Part shown: one piece after another, positions 21,922-32,274 of the stretch
How positions within the stretch are numbered: the first letter of the stretch is position 1
How the letters are laid out: each line of letters opens with the position of its first letter
IMG/VR virus record: IMGVR_UViG_3300042893_000841
Location: 1 to 55,942 of that record
Source: a virus
Taxonomy: Duplodnaviria > Caudoviricetes
Reading direction: 5' to 3' (one strand)
DNA length: 55,942 nt
Translations under genes and position numbers: made by a program
Notes under the pieces: model-generated
What the model saw: the letters and a program-made list of their open reading frames with translations, nothing else
Told to the model about the DNA's origin: nothing
The model's database searches: none

Positions 21922-22157
21922 CACATAAAGAATTTTACATTTGGTTGGAAGGTTACCTATATGGTAAACTTGAAAATAAACACATTGAGATTACACCTAT
22001 AGTTGAAAAAATGGGTGAAGTAAAGGATGGACCAAAATTTGGAATTGCCGAACCCTACAGAATACCAATACCTATAAATCCATTCCCAATAAAAGATGAC
22101 CCTTATAAACCACCATTTGAAGTATATTGCGGAGATAAAACACAATTAAACGATTAA
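21918..22157 (+). CDS. Hypothetical protein
   Basis: N-terminal MT.KEF.IWLEGYL motif; coupled start. Confidence 0.6.
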   Translation: MTHKEFYIWLEGYLYGKLENKHIEITPIVEKMGEVKDGPKFGIAEPYRIPIPINPFPIKDDPYKPPFEVYCGDKTQLND

Positions 22158-22160
22158 ATT

Positions 22161-22403
22161 ATGAAAAACGTATTATACATTATATGTTTATTAGTAGTTA
22201 TTATAACTTCTTATAAAACAAAATCTAATTGTGATGATTATACCCAAAAATTAAATAATGAGATAGACTCTCTTGAAACCCAAATTAAAAGTAAAAAAGA
22301 TTCTATTAATCTATTAAACAATTATATAGTTTTCTTAGAAAATGAAAACCAGTTTTTAGGTAGTGTTCTTGCAGAGAAAGAATTAGAAGACGGTATTGAA
22401 TAA
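22161..22403 (+). CDS. Membrane-anchored coiled-coil protein
   Basis: N-terminal hydrophobic segment plus heptad region. Confidence 0.55.
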   Translation: MKNVLYIICLLVVIITSYKTKSNCDDYTQKLNNEIDSLETQIKSKKDSINLLNNYIVFLENENQFLGSVLAEKELEDGIE

Positions 22404-22437
22404 CAAACAAATAAATTAAACAAACAAATAATTAAAA

Positions 22438-22695
22438 ATGAAAAAAAGAACACTTAATGAGTTAAGACAAGAGAAGGAATTTGGTTATAAGGCACCATTA
22501 ACAAATGTAGAAATTAATGAGATGGAAATAACAAAACAAATTAAACTTGCGTTAGAAAACTCTAACTTAAATGTTGTTATTACACCAATTATGTTTGATC
22601 CAAACGAATTTATACCAGTACTGGGTGTGTTAGTAAAAAACGAAGATTCGAGTTATACTAAAAAATATACAATAACGGTTAAACCAAACAATTAA
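22438..22695 (+). CDS. Hypothetical protein
   Basis: ORF with A-rich leader in operon. Confidence 0.5.
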   Translation: MKKRTLNELRQEKEFGYKAPLTNVEINEMEITKQIKLALENSNLNVVITPIMFDPNEFIPVLGVLVKNEDSSYTKKYTITVKPNN

Positions 22696-22698
22696 ATA

Positions 22699-23073
22699 AT
22701 GAAATCAAGTATAATATTAAACATCCTTTTGTTTTTTATTACATTCACATCTGTATCTCAGATAATAGGAACAACATATAAGCTTGATAGTATAGAAATT
22801 GCACAATATGATTTACCAACAGAGGTAACATGGTATAACGCTAAAAGGGAGTGTAAAGAATTAGGTAAAGGTTGGAGATTACCAACTAAAGACGAATTAG
22901 ACAAAATGTATAACAATAAGGATTTTATAGGTAATTTTGTTAACACTAATTATTGGAGTTCTACAGAGTATAATTCTAATTATGTTTGGATGCAAGTGTT
23001 TACACACAAACTTATAGCAATAACCTTAAAAGAAGGACACATTAATGCTAGAGCAGTTAAAACAATTAAATAA
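22699..23073 (+). CDS. Secreted DUF1566/Lcl C-terminal domain protein
   Basis: Signal peptide; TW..A...C...GWRLPTKDEL...YWSSTE...ARAV. Confidence 0.8.
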   Translation: MKSSIILNILLFFITFTSVSQIIGTTYKLDSIEIAQYDLPTEVTWYNAKRECKELGKGWRLPTKDELDKMYNNKDFIGNFVNTNYWSSTEYNSNYVWMQVFTHKLIAITLKEGHINARAVKTIK

Positions 23074-23087
23074 TTAAAATAATAAAA

Positions 23088-23708
23088 ATGAGAGATTTAA
23101 AAAAAATATTCACTGAAATATACGAAAGTAATTCTTGGACTAGTTCCGAAAGTAGGTCAGGACTTGGTTCTGAATTGCTTAGCACTGAAACAATACGAAA
23201 AGAACTACCAGAAGTATTTAAAAAATTTAACATTAAAAGTGTTTTGGATATACCATGTGGGGATTTTAATTGGATGAGTAATGTTGACTTAAAAGAGGTT
23301 CATTATATTGGTGCTGACATAGTGGAAAATATGATTGAGGACAACAAAAATAATTTTAAAGATTATGAATTTAAAGTTTTAGATATAACCGAAGATGACC
23401 TACCCAAAGTAGATTTAGTTTTTGCTAGAGACATTTTAGGTCATTTTGATTATGAAAATATTGAAAAAACAATAAAAAACATAATTCGTAGTGGTAGTAA
23501 ATATTTGTTAACAACTTCTTTTACAAAATGGGAATATAATATAGACATAAAAAATGGAGATTGGAGACCAATAAATTTAATGTTAAAACCATTCTTATTT
23601 AAACCAATTTATTTAATTAATGAAAATTGTTTTGAAGGAGATTTTCAATATAATGACAAGTGTCTTATATTATTTGACTTAAATAAACTTTATTGTGGAT
23701 TAAAATGA
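23088..23708 (+). CDS. Class I SAM-dependent methyltransferase
   Basis: SRSGLGS, VLDIPCGD, YIGADIV, DLVFARD..GH, WRPINL. Confidence 0.8.
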   Translation: MRDLKKIFTEIYESNSWTSSESRSGLGSELLSTETIRKELPEVFKKFNIKSVLDIPCGDFNWMSNVDLKEVHYIGADIVENMIEDNKNNFKDYEFKVLDITEDDLPKVDLVFARDILGHFDYENIEKTIKNIIRSGSKYLLTTSFTKWEYNIDIKNGDWRPINLMLKPFLFKPIYLINENCFEGDFQYNDKCLILFDLNKLYCGLK

Positions 23709-24484
23709 TTAAAACCCTAATACACTTTTCTGATTTACATATCAGATTATATAAGGATCACGATTTATACCGTTCAATATTAGAAACGGCAATTGAACAA
23801 TGGAAAGAATTGTCTCCTGACCGTATTATATTTACTGGAGATTTAGTTCATTCTAAAAATCAAATGACACCTGAACTTATTGAGTTTGTTGCTTGGATTT
23901 TAACTGAATGTTCATCAATCGCTAAAACAATTATTATACCAGGTAATCACGACTTTTTGGTAAACAACACCGAAAGATTGGATGCACTTACACCTATCAT
24001 TAACTCTTTGAATAATGATAATATTGTATACTACAGAGATAGAGGTGTGTATGAGGATGATAACATTAGTTGGTGTGTTTATTCACAATACCAAGGAAAC
24101 ATTCCTCCGGATTTAAATGTTGCAACTGGAATAAAAGTTGGGTTATTTCATGGACCAATTCAGGGGATGAAAACAGATCTTGGGTTTGACTTTGGGGAAG
24201 AGGCTTATGACACCGAAAAGTTTAATGGACTTGATGTTGTGTTGTGTGGGGATATCCATAAAAGACAAGAATTTAAATTTAAGACGGGTAAAGGATATAT
24301 GATAGGATCACCAATACAACAAAATATGGGAGAAAGCATATCCAAACACGGATATGGGATTTATGATGTTGAAAACAAGGAATATAAATATAAAGATTTA
24401 TTTAATCCAAAACCATTTTTAAAATTTAACATTAAATCATTTGAAGATATTGAAAATGGAACCGAATTACTCAAAAATCTTTAA
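23705..24484 (+). CDS. sbcD: SbcD/Mre11-like metallophosphoesterase nuclease (gp47-like)
   Basis: SDLH, GDLVH, GNHD, FHG, GDIH motifs; start taken at MIKTL. Confidence 0.85.
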   Translation: MIKTLIHFSDLHIRLYKDHDLYRSILETAIEQWKELSPDRIIFTGDLVHSKNQMTPELIEFVAWILTECSSIAKTIIIPGNHDFLVNNTERLDALTPIINSLNNDNIVYYRDRGVYEDDNISWCVYSQYQGNIPPDLNVATGIKVGLFHGPIQGMKTDLGFDFGEEAYDTEKFNGLDVVLCGDIHKRQEFKFKTGKGYMIGSPIQQNMGESISKHGYGIYDVENKEYKYKDLFNPKPFLKFNIKSFEDIENGTELLKNL

Positions 24485-25091
24485 TAAAGAAACTCTAAGC
24501 AGTGTCGAGAGTTTTTGTAAACTCAATAATATTGATGATGTTGATAGTTTTATTAAAAACGTTTTTCAAGAAGGGTTTAACATAAAGAAGTATGGTCTTT
24601 TGGGAAATACGGTTAATAAAGGTGAAAAAGACTTAAAAACGGGTATTGTTGGTGAAAAACAGGTAGAAATTGAGGTAATCCGTGAAATACGGGTGGAAGT
24701 ACCTGTTGAGGTTATTAAAGAGGTTGAGAAAATTGTCACAAAAATAGAATACATTAGTGACAAAACAAGTGAAAGCGAACTGTTGTTAAAAATACAACAG
24801 TTGGAAGAAGAATTTTCCACTAAAACGACAGAAATGGAAAATATTTTCCAAAATAAAATGTCTAAAAAGGATGAAGAATTAGACGAACTTAGACGTAATT
24901 TAGACATTCCTGTAACAAATAATAAGATAAATATGTTACAGGAAACACTTCAGAAGTTAAGAAAAGAAATGTCAAACAAAGACGAAAAAATAAAAGAGTT
25001 AGAAAAAATAAACAATAACCTCCAGAATACAACACAAAATAATGTAGGTGCGATATTCCTAAGGGGTTCAAATTTAAACAATAGATTATGA
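24456..25091 (+). CDS. Coiled-coil protein
   Basis: VEVPVEVIKEVEKIV repeat and long heptads; start taken at MEPN. Confidence 0.55.
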   Translation: MEPNYSKIFNKETLSSVESFCKLNNIDDVDSFIKNVFQEGFNIKKYGLLGNTVNKGEKDLKTGIVGEKQVEIEVIREIRVEVPVEVIKEVEKIVTKIEYISDKTSESELLLKIQQLEEEFSTKTTEMENIFQNKMSKKDEELDELRRNLDIPVTNNKINMLQETLQKLRKEMSNKDEKIKELEKINNNLQNTTQNNVGAIFLRGSNLNNRL

Positions 25092-25438
25092 TACAATTAT
25101 TAATTTTTATGGTCGTTGCATATGGTATGACAACGATTTTAGTTTATGGGTCCATATTTAACGGATTAAGAAATAAAATCCATAATTGGGGTAACAATAA
25201 AAACGCTCCTTTTAGTAAGGTGGGTAAGTTTATTTCAGAACTTATTTCCTGTATTTTATGTACTGGGACATGGGTTGGATTTATTTTATCCTTATTAATG
25301 TTTTCTCCAATATCACATTTCATTGGACTTAATGAATATTATTCCGTATTTTTTGACGGAATGTTATCTGCCGGTTCTGTATGGGCAATAAACGCAATTA
25401 TAGAATGGTTTGAAGAAAATAGACCAAGTAATAAATAA
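25088..25438 (+). CDS. DUF1360-like membrane protein with CxxC
   Basis: IF..LR...ELISCILCTGTWVG; about 3 TM segments. Confidence 0.6.
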   Translation: MIQLLIFMVVAYGMTTILVYGSIFNGLRNKIHNWGNNKNAPFSKVGKFISELISCILCTGTWVGFILSLLMFSPISHFIGLNEYYSVFFDGMLSAGSVWAINAIIEWFEENRPSNK

Positions 25439-25454
25439 AATAAAATAAATAAAA

Positions 25455-25748
25455 ATGGGAAAGAAAGATAAAGAACACAGATCAAAAGTGGCAAAAAGAA
25501 ACGTAAAATCTAATCAAGAAAAATACGCAATGCAAAATGCATTAAATAAAATTATGAAGAGAATGGCCGAAGAGAAGGAAGCAGAAACCCTATCAGTTAG
25601 TGTTGGGGAAAAGGAAGTACCATTCCAAGTAGAATCACTTCCTGTAGGAAACTCTATCGTTAACTTCAAAGAAGAAAACGCACAACTACTAACCGTTGAA
25701 AAAGATATGGAAAGTACTGATGTTGATACAACAAAAGAAGAAAACTAA
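25455..25748 (+). CDS. Hypothetical protein
   Basis: Basic N-terminus, acidic C-terminus. Confidence 0.55.
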   Translation: MGKKDKEHRSKVAKRNVKSNQEKYAMQNALNKIMKRMAEEKEAETLSVSVGEKEVPFQVESLPVGNSIVNFKEENAQLLTVEKDMESTDVDTTKEEN

Positions 25749-25754
25749 AAAAGA

Positions 25755-28130
25755 ATGGATTTATTTAATCCACCAAAATTATACAATTACAATATTATGA
25801 TTAAAGACTTAGAGTTTTCAAAATATGAAAACCCAACAATACAAGTTGTATGGGAGGATATACAAGAAAATTTTACTCAAGATAAAATTAAAAGTGTTAA
25901 ACATTATTTTCAAAAGAAATATAATACAACAAATGTTAATGTTTTAACTAAAGTTAAAAATGTTGATATGGAAACAACACAAACTGTTGATGTGTCGGTT
26001 AATATAACTGACGTTAATTATCAGTTGAATCTTTTAAAGAAATTTTTGGAATCTAAAGGATATGATAAAAATCTGGATGACATTTTAAATCTTAATCGTA
26101 CTGTTGAAAATAAAATGCAGGAAGACCACGAGGACACTGCCCAGTTTAATAAATGGTATATTAAAAACATTGAGTTTTCAAACTTCCTTTCATATGGTGA
26201 AAATCAAAGATTAGATTTTGATAAATGTGATGGCATTATAGTTGTTGAATCTAACCCACCAAACTTTGGAGGTAAAACAGTTTTGACTGTGGATTTATTA
26301 ATGTTCTTATTTTTTAATGAAACAACTAAGACAACAAAGGCAGAAGAAATATTTAACCGATTTACCGATAAAAACTCGGTAGTTGTTAAAGGTGAAGTTG
26401 CAATTGATGGTGAGGATTACATTATTGTTAGAAAGATTGAAAGAAAACTTTCTAAAAAGGAAGAATGGAATGTAAAAACAGAATTAGACTTCTTCAAAAA
26501 AATGTCGGACGGTAGTCTACAGAATTTTACTGGAGAACAAAGAAGAGAAACTGAAGCGTTTATTAAAAATTCAATAGGAACCAAAGAGGATTTCTTAATG
26601 ACAATACTTACAACCGCCACAAATCTTGAAGAGTTGTTGGAATCAAAACCAACGGCAAGAGGACAGGTCCTATCAAGATTTATGGGTCTTGAGTTTTTAA
26701 AAAGGAAAGAGGAGGTCGCAAAGGAGATATATAGTACCTTTAGTAAATCAAAACTATCAAATTTGTATAGTTCTGAACAACTAAAAACTGATATTGAAAC
26801 TTATGGGGCTAAAATCGTTGAATACAATGATCAGATTGAAGACAACAAAAAAGAACTGGAGGATATAGAAGAAAAGATATCCAAAGGTAAAGAATATCGT
26901 GATGATATGTTAAAGAAAAAACATAATGATATTGATAAAGAAATTGCTCTGATGAACCCTGATAAAACTCAAGATGAGGTTGTTAAGTTAAATAAAGAAA
27001 AAGACGAATTCCAGGTTAAGTCGTTAGAACTTAATGTTGTTGAACCTGAAAATTATTACCACGAAGATGACCACGACAAAGTAAAGGAGGATTATAAAAA
27101 AGTTTATACTGAAAAAGTAGAACTTGATACTAAAATTTCTGAGATTGAAAAACTAAAAAGTTCAGTTGAAGGCGGAATCAAATGTGAACACTGTGGAATT
27201 GAGTTAATGAACGCATTAATTACCCAACAAAAAATTGCAGAGCTTGATGGTTATATCATGCATAAAGACCAAAAAGAGGGGTTAATGACTGTTTTAACAA
27301 GCAAAGAAAAAACTTTTGTTGAATCAAAAAAACAGTTTGATGAATATGAAAAGAATAAGTTAATTAAAGAGAAATACGATTTAAGTATTGAAAGTTGTGA
27401 CCTTAAAATCAATGGTCTTAATGATAAATTAAGAAGATGGTCAGAAGTTCAGGATAAGATTAAATTGAACACTCAGATTGATGGTCAGTTAATAAAGGCA
27501 GATCTTAGATTGGAAGAGTTGGATATATTGAAAAAAAATAAAAACACTGAGATAACGACCTGTGAATATAACATCAAAACAACTGAGGAAAAAATAACCA
27601 ACAATAACTTGTTGATTGTTAAAATTAAAGGTGAAGAAGAAAAGGAAAAGATTTATAAAATGTATCTTGAGGCTTACGGAAAGAATGGGGTTTCAAAAAT
27701 CATAATGAAAACAATGATGCCACTAATCAATTCTGAACTACAAAGATTGATGGAAGATAGCTGTTATTTTAAATTAGAAATTAGGATTAACGATAAAAGT
27801 GAAGTTGAGTTTGTAATGATTGACAATGGAACTGGTGTTGAAAAATTAATGGTCTCTGGTTCCGGATATGAAAAAACAATTGCTTCATTAGCGTTAAGAT
27901 CTGTATTGAGTAAGGTATGTTCATTACCAAAACCAAATGTTGTTGTATTTGATGAGGTGTTTGGTAAAATCAGTAATGACAACTTAGAAATGGTATCTGA
28001 GTTCTTCATTAAGATTAAAGATTACTTTGAAAAGATATTCGTTATAACTCACAATCCTATGGTTAGCCAATGGGCAGATACAATAGTAAGAATTACAAAA
28101 GAAAATAATATTTCAAAATTGATAAATTAG
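25755..28130 (+). CDS. sbcC: SbcC/Rad50-like SMC ATPase (gp46-like)
   Basis: NFLSYG, Walker A NFGGKT, zinc hook CEHC, signature SGYEK, Walker B VVVFDE, H-loop ITH. Confidence 0.9.
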   Translation: MDLFNPPKLYNYNIMIKDLEFSKYENPTIQVVWEDIQENFTQDKIKSVKHYFQKKYNTTNVNVLTKVKNVDMETTQTVDVSVNITDVNYQLNLLKKFLESKGYDKNLDDILNLNRTVENKMQEDHEDTAQFNKWYIKNIEFSNFLSYGENQRLDFDKCDGIIVVESNPPNFGGKTVLTVDLLMFLFFNETTKTTKAEEIFNRFTDKNSVVVKGEVAIDGEDYIIVRKIERKLSKKEEWNVKTELDFFKKMSDGSLQNFTGEQRRETEAFIKNSIGTKEDFLMTILTTATNLEELLESKPTARGQVLSRFMGLEFLKRKEEVAKEIYSTFSKSKLSNLYSSEQLKTDIETYGAKIVEYNDQIEDNKKELEDIEEKISKGKEYRDDMLKKKHNDIDKEIALMNPDKTQDEVVKLNKEKDEFQVKSLELNVVEPENYYHEDDHDKVKEDYKKVYTEKVELDTKISEIEKLKSSVEGGIKCEHCGIELMNALITQQKIAELDGYIMHKDQKEGLMTVLTSKEKTFVESKKQFDEYEKNKLIKEKYDLSIESCDLKINGLNDKLRRWSEVQDKIKLNTQIDGQLIKADLRLEELDILKKNKNTEITTCEYNIKTTEEKITNNNLLIVKIKGEEEKEKIYKMYLEAYGKNGVSKIIMKTMMPLINSELQRLMEDSCYFKLEIRINDKSEVEFVMIDNGTGVEKLMVSGSGYEKTIASLALRSVLSKVCSLPKPNVVVFDEVFGKISNDNLEMVSEFFIKIKDYFEKIFVITHNPMVSQWADTIVRITKENNISKLIN

Positions 28131-28153
28131 TAATAATTTACTACATTTAAACT

Positions 28154-28963
28154 ATGGAAAAAAATACAATTTATTTGGAGGATAATTTGGTAACGTTATC
28201 TAATATGGAAGATAACTATATTGATATGAGTATTACGTCACCTCCGTATGATAATATTAGAAAATACCACGGATTTTCTTTTGATATGGATAAATTAGTT
28301 GTTGAGCTTTATAGAACCACAAAAATTGGTGGGGTTGTTGTGTGGGTTGCAAATGACCAAGTAGTGAAGGGTTCTGAATCTGGAACAAGTTTTAGACAAG
28401 CTTTAAAATTTATGGATGCGGGATTCCTATTACATGATACAATGATTTATGAAAAAAACTCAAGTTCTTACCCCGCTAGTGCTAAAAGTAACAGGTACAC
28501 TCAAATATTTGAATACATGTTTGTATTCTCAAAGGGTAAACCTAAAACCTCAAATCTTATTTGTGATAAAGCAAATAAATGGGCGGGACATACAAATTGG
28601 GGTAAAAACACAAAACGTATAGGTGAAAACGAACAATTGGTTGGAGTGGAAGATATTAAACCAGTCCCAGATTTTAGTCCAAGAAATAATATTTGGAGAT
28701 ATGTTAATGGTGGTGGGTTTGCATCTAAAGATAAAATAGCACACAAACATCCAGCAATCTTTCCTGAAGAATTAGTTAGGGACCATATAAATACCTGGAC
28801 TAATCAGGGTGATTTGATTTATGACCCCTTTATTGGGTCCGGAACCGTAGCTAAAATGTGTATTTTAATGAATAGAGACTACATTGGTAGTGAAATCTCA
28901 CAAGAATATGTTGATATATGTAACGAAAGAATAAAAATTACGTTAGATTCTTTGGGTAGTTAA
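28154..28963 (+). CDS. N4-cytosine DNA methyltransferase, beta class (M.BamHII-like)
   Basis: TSPPY precedes DPFIGSGT; GSESGTSFRQAL, HDTMIYEK, HPAIFPE closely resemble M.BamHII as recalled. Confidence 0.85.
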   Translation: MEKNTIYLEDNLVTLSNMEDNYIDMSITSPPYDNIRKYHGFSFDMDKLVVELYRTTKIGGVVVWVANDQVVKGSESGTSFRQALKFMDAGFLLHDTMIYEKNSSSYPASAKSNRYTQIFEYMFVFSKGKPKTSNLICDKANKWAGHTNWGKNTKRIGENEQLVGVEDIKPVPDFSPRNNIWRYVNGGGFASKDKIAHKHPAIFPEELVRDHINTWTNQGDLIYDPFIGSGTVAKMCILMNRDYIGSEISQEYVDICNERIKITLDSLGS

Positions 28964-28988
28964 TATTTTTTTATTAAATTTGTTGTAT

Positions 28989-29516
28989 ATGAGTAAGAAA
29001 CCTAATATTTATGGCGGTGGGGCAAACACAAATCTAAACGGACTTTCGTTTGAAGAAAGAACATGTCTTATTGAGGCCTTTAAAAATCACGAACAAATCA
29101 AAGTTAATGAAAAAAATCAAATAATTTTTAATGGGGAAGTTATTGGGTTTTACACAGAAAAACACAATTTTTATAAAGATTTTTTAAAACCATTTGGCAT
29201 TAACTATAAGGACATTATATCAAAAAAACTTTTACCCGATAGTGTTTTTGTTAACACTAAAAACAAAACCGTTTACATTATTGAAAAAAAGTTTCAAAAA
29301 TCTGAAGGTTCTGTAGATGAAAAACTACAAACAGGCCCATATAAAAAAAGAATGTTTGTTAAGTTATGTGCTGGTACCGAATATAATGTCGAGTACTATT
29401 ACTTATTAAATGAATGGTATTCTAAAGATGGTTACCGAGACGTAAAGGATTATTTAAGAGAATCAGGATGTAGATATTATACCAATACAATTCCCTTATA
29501 TTCTTTAGGGGTTTAA
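28989..29516 (+). CDS. Type II restriction-endonuclease-like PD-(D/E)XK nuclease
   Basis: LLPD...IIEKKFQ..GSVDEKLQT; directly downstream of the MTase; start taken at MSKK. Confidence 0.65.
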   Translation: MSKKPNIYGGGANTNLNGLSFEERTCLIEAFKNHEQIKVNEKNQIIFNGEVIGFYTEKHNFYKDFLKPFGINYKDIISKKLLPDSVFVNTKNKTVYIIEKKFQKSEGSVDEKLQTGPYKKRMFVKLCAGTEYNVEYYYLLNEWYSKDGYRDVKDYLRESGCRYYTNTIPLYSLGV

Positions 29517-29584
29517 AAAAATTTGTAGTTAAATGATAGATATCACAGAAAAAACATTACCTTTGTAATATAAAATATAAAAAT

Positions 29585-30097
29585 ATGAATTACTTACTTT
29601 TTGTCTACTACAATGTTGATGTAGTAGATTCAGAACAAATGACAAATGAAATTGGAATGTCAATCTCAGATAAAATGACTTCAAGGGAAGTTAAGTTTAT
29701 GTTTGGAGATAAACACGCAATATTTCATTTTGCATCTAACTTAACAATTGATGAAATGAGTGGATGGGTTGATATAATCTTAGACGACTTAGATTGTTTT
29801 GAGTATTTTTTAGTACCAAAACCAAGAAAGTACGAATCAAATTTTGACAAAGACAACCTAAACCATCTTCTTTCGTTAAAGAAAACAGTTAAAAAAACAC
29901 CACCAAAGGTTATTGAATTTGGTAAACACGCTGGTAAGGACTTTACGGAAATTGCGGAGCTTATTATGAGTTTTAAAAGACCTGAAGTTTGTAATATGAC
30001 ACTTGACGAGATACTTGATAAAATTAATTTAGAGGGTATGGATTCATTATCAGAATTAGAAAAACAAAAATTAGACGAATATTCAAAATCAATTTAA
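29585..30097 (+). CDS. Hypothetical protein with C-terminal LDEILDKI..G..SL...EK helix pair
   Basis: C-terminal motif like the small domain at the end of Bacteroidota rhomboid proteins; TACCTTTG (29558) upstream. Confidence 0.5.
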   Translation: MNYLLFVYYNVDVVDSEQMTNEIGMSISDKMTSREVKFMFGDKHAIFHFASNLTIDEMSGWVDIILDDLDCFEYFLVPKPRKYESNFDKDNLNHLLSLKKTVKKTPPKVIEFGKHAGKDFTEIAELIMSFKRPEVCNMTLDEILDKINLEGMDSLSELEKQKLDEYSKSI

Positions 30098-30105
30098 TTA
30101 AATAT

Positions 30106-30906
30106 ATGAAAGACAAAAATTTAGGATCACCAATTAACCAGGAAGAAATTTACCACTATCTTAAAGATATTAGGAAGATAAAAGTCATGACACCTGATCG
30201 TGAAAAAGAATTAGCAAAAAAAATGAAATCGGAAGAAACTTCTGATAGAGAAAAAAAGAAAATAGAGGAAGAACTATTACAGGGTAATCTTCGTTTTGTT
30301 ATTACGGTTGCAAAACAATACCAAAACCAGGGATTGGATCTTTCAGATTTAATTGCTGAAGGTAATTTAGGTCTTATGAAGGCAATTAAAAATTTTGATT
30401 GGAATAAAGACCTTAGATTTATTTCATATGCGGTTTGGTGGGTTAAACAATCAATACTTCAATCACTTAATGATAACTCAAGAACAATTAGGTTACCGGT
30501 CAATGTTGTTCAGGATTTATATAAGGCTAAAAAAGAGGTTGAAAAGACAGGTAAAAAAATGGATGATAAGTTTACATCATTACCCTCAATTATAAACCTT
30601 AATATGAGTATTAACGAGGACGGTGATACATTAATTGATATGATTAAGAATAATGACGCTGAAGCTCCGGATGCGGCGTTTGACACTAAAGATATTTTAA
30701 AAGATAAATTATTATCCTTACTCAACGTTTTAGATGACCGTGAAAAATCAATTATTGGTGACTATTTTGGTCTTACCGGAACACCAAGAACTTTAGAGGA
30801 TATCGGTTCTGATTTTAATTTAACAAAAGAAAGGGTTAGACAAATTAAAGAGAAGGCCTTAAGACGACTCAGAAATGATAGTTCTGAATTATTTGACTAT
30901 ATCTAA
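30106..30906 (+). CDS. rpoD: RNA polymerase sigma-70 family factor (Bacteroidota RpoD-like, no region 1.1)
   Basis: NLRFVITVAKQYQNQG, EGNLGL, FISYAVWW, IRLP, TLEDIG, LTKERVRQIKEKAL. Confidence 0.92.
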   Translation: MKDKNLGSPINQEEIYHYLKDIRKIKVMTPDREKELAKKMKSEETSDREKKKIEEELLQGNLRFVITVAKQYQNQGLDLSDLIAEGNLGLMKAIKNFDWNKDLRFISYAVWWVKQSILQSLNDNSRTIRLPVNVVQDLYKAKKEVEKTGKKMDDKFTSLPSIINLNMSINEDGDTLIDMIKNNDAEAPDAAFDTKDILKDKLLSLLNVLDDREKSIIGDYFGLTGTPRTLEDIGSDFNLTKERVRQIKEKALRRLRNDSSELFDYI

Positions 30907-30926
30907 ATAATTTTTTATACTTTTTG

Positions 30927-30957
30927 TTTGGCGGTTTAAAAAAAATCATTATCTTTG
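30927..30957 (+). promoter_or_regulatory. Bacteroidota housekeeping-type (early) promoter
   Basis: TTTG-N19-TATCTTTG (-33/-7 consensus). Confidence 0.75.
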
Positions 30958-30980
30958 TAATGTATCTAAAACGAAATATT

Positions 30981-31427
30981 ATGACAAACGAAATCATCAA
31001 AGTAACAGAAGGAACAATGGCAGGAGACGTATTCTACGGGTCTTTTAACACAAACATCAAAGGTAAAAGAATTACCGTTGGGGTATCTAACCACCTTAAA
31101 GACGCAGACAAAGAATACGAATTCCGTATCGCAAATAAATGTCAGGCAGGGTTCATCAATATCCACGACACTAAAGGAACTGCGTCAAGCGTAATCCGTG
31201 GATACCAAAAAAACTCATTGGTAAATATCCAAGCAAAAAATGAGTACGGTTACTGGATGAACGTTTACACCGTCAAAGGAGGTAAATGGTACTCAATCGA
31301 CAAAGGGTTCCTGGATGTGTTAACCGTAGGAACTATGAGAGAGTCATTCCCCGATATGTGTGACATGGAACTTTGGGGTAGAATGGGAGCAAAAACTTGG
31401 GCAGACAAATCATTTAAACAAAATTAA
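30981..31427 (+). CDS. Hypothetical early protein
   Basis: Start moved to MTNE, downstream of the promoter; C-ending codon bias. Confidence 0.6.
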   Translation: MTNEIIKVTEGTMAGDVFYGSFNTNIKGKRITVGVSNHLKDADKEYEFRIANKCQAGFINIHDTKGTASSVIRGYQKNSLVNIQAKNEYGYWMNVYTVKGGKWYSIDKGFLDVLTVGTMRESFPDMCDMELWGRMGAKTWADKSFKQN

Positions 31428-31431
31428 AATT

Positions 31432-31764
31432 ATGGGAACTTACATTCACACTTACAAGAAAAAATTTGATAAAAACGCAACACTTAACGAGGAGAAGGTT
31501 GTTGTTGGACAGGCAACATTTATATGTCGCCAAGATTGGTCAGATAATTACTCACCATCTGAGAAGAGAGAAATGACAAGAGCTTATGCTTTAACTAAAA
31601 ATGACCAACCTGAATATATTACATTCGATGGTGAAATGGTTTATAAAAATAATAAAAAAGGTGTTTGGTCGGACGGAAGTGGTTTTTGGGGAGGTATTGA
31701 CCACAAAAATGATTTTGTTGGAACATTAAAAAAAGTTGGTAAAAAATATATAATTGAAAAATAA
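31432..31764 (+). CDS. Hypothetical protein
   Basis: Start moved to MGTY, 4 nt after the upstream stop. Confidence 0.55.
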   Translation: MGTYIHTYKKKFDKNATLNEEKVVVGQATFICRQDWSDNYSPSEKREMTRAYALTKNDQPEYITFDGEMVYKNNKKGVWSDGSGFWGGIDHKNDFVGTLKKVGKKYIIEK

Positions 31765-31769
31765 AAAAC

Positions 31770-32216
31770 ATGGGAAGCGTAATTGACTATATAGAATGTC
31801 CTAATTGTAAACAAGAAGCGTTTAGCGATTTCTATTACAAGACAGGAGAAGAATACATAAGTTGTAATAATTGTGGATATCATTATTCCCAATCTTATAA
31901 ACGAGATGATGATGGTAAATTTATTACTAAGGATGGTACTGATGATAATCATTTTGATAATTTAATTTTGGTTGTGAACGAATTAAAAAATCCATACGGT
32001 TCTTACCGGTTAAAAGTTTATCAATCACCAGCAACTCAGTGTGGTTCTTTTGAAACTGAGGAACAATATAACGAATTTAAATTGAATCTTAATGAGGATG
32101 TTGAAATTGAGTTTTGTTCTGTATCAAGATTTTTAGATGGTGATATCAAAGTTGAAATGTTAATTGATAATGGTCCTGAGGTTGATTCCTCCGGATTCAC
32201 CAAAGAAGATAGATAA
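31770..32216 (+). CDS. Zinc-ribbon protein
   Basis: CPNC...CNNCG. Confidence 0.65.
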   Translation: MGSVIDYIECPNCKQEAFSDFYYKTGEEYISCNNCGYHYSQSYKRDDDGKFITKDGTDDNHFDNLILVVNELKNPYGSYRLKVYQSPATQCGSFETEEQYNEFKLNLNEDVEIEFCSVSRFLDGDIKVEMLIDNGPEVDSSGFTKEDR

Positions 32217-32246
32217 TTAATTTAAAATAACAACCCTATCATATAT

Positions 32247-32274
32247 AACCCCCCACCTAAAATGGGGGTTTTTT
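32247..32274 (+). terminator. Intrinsic terminator
   Basis: AACCCCCCA-loop-TGGGGGTT followed by TTTT. Confidence 0.8.
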
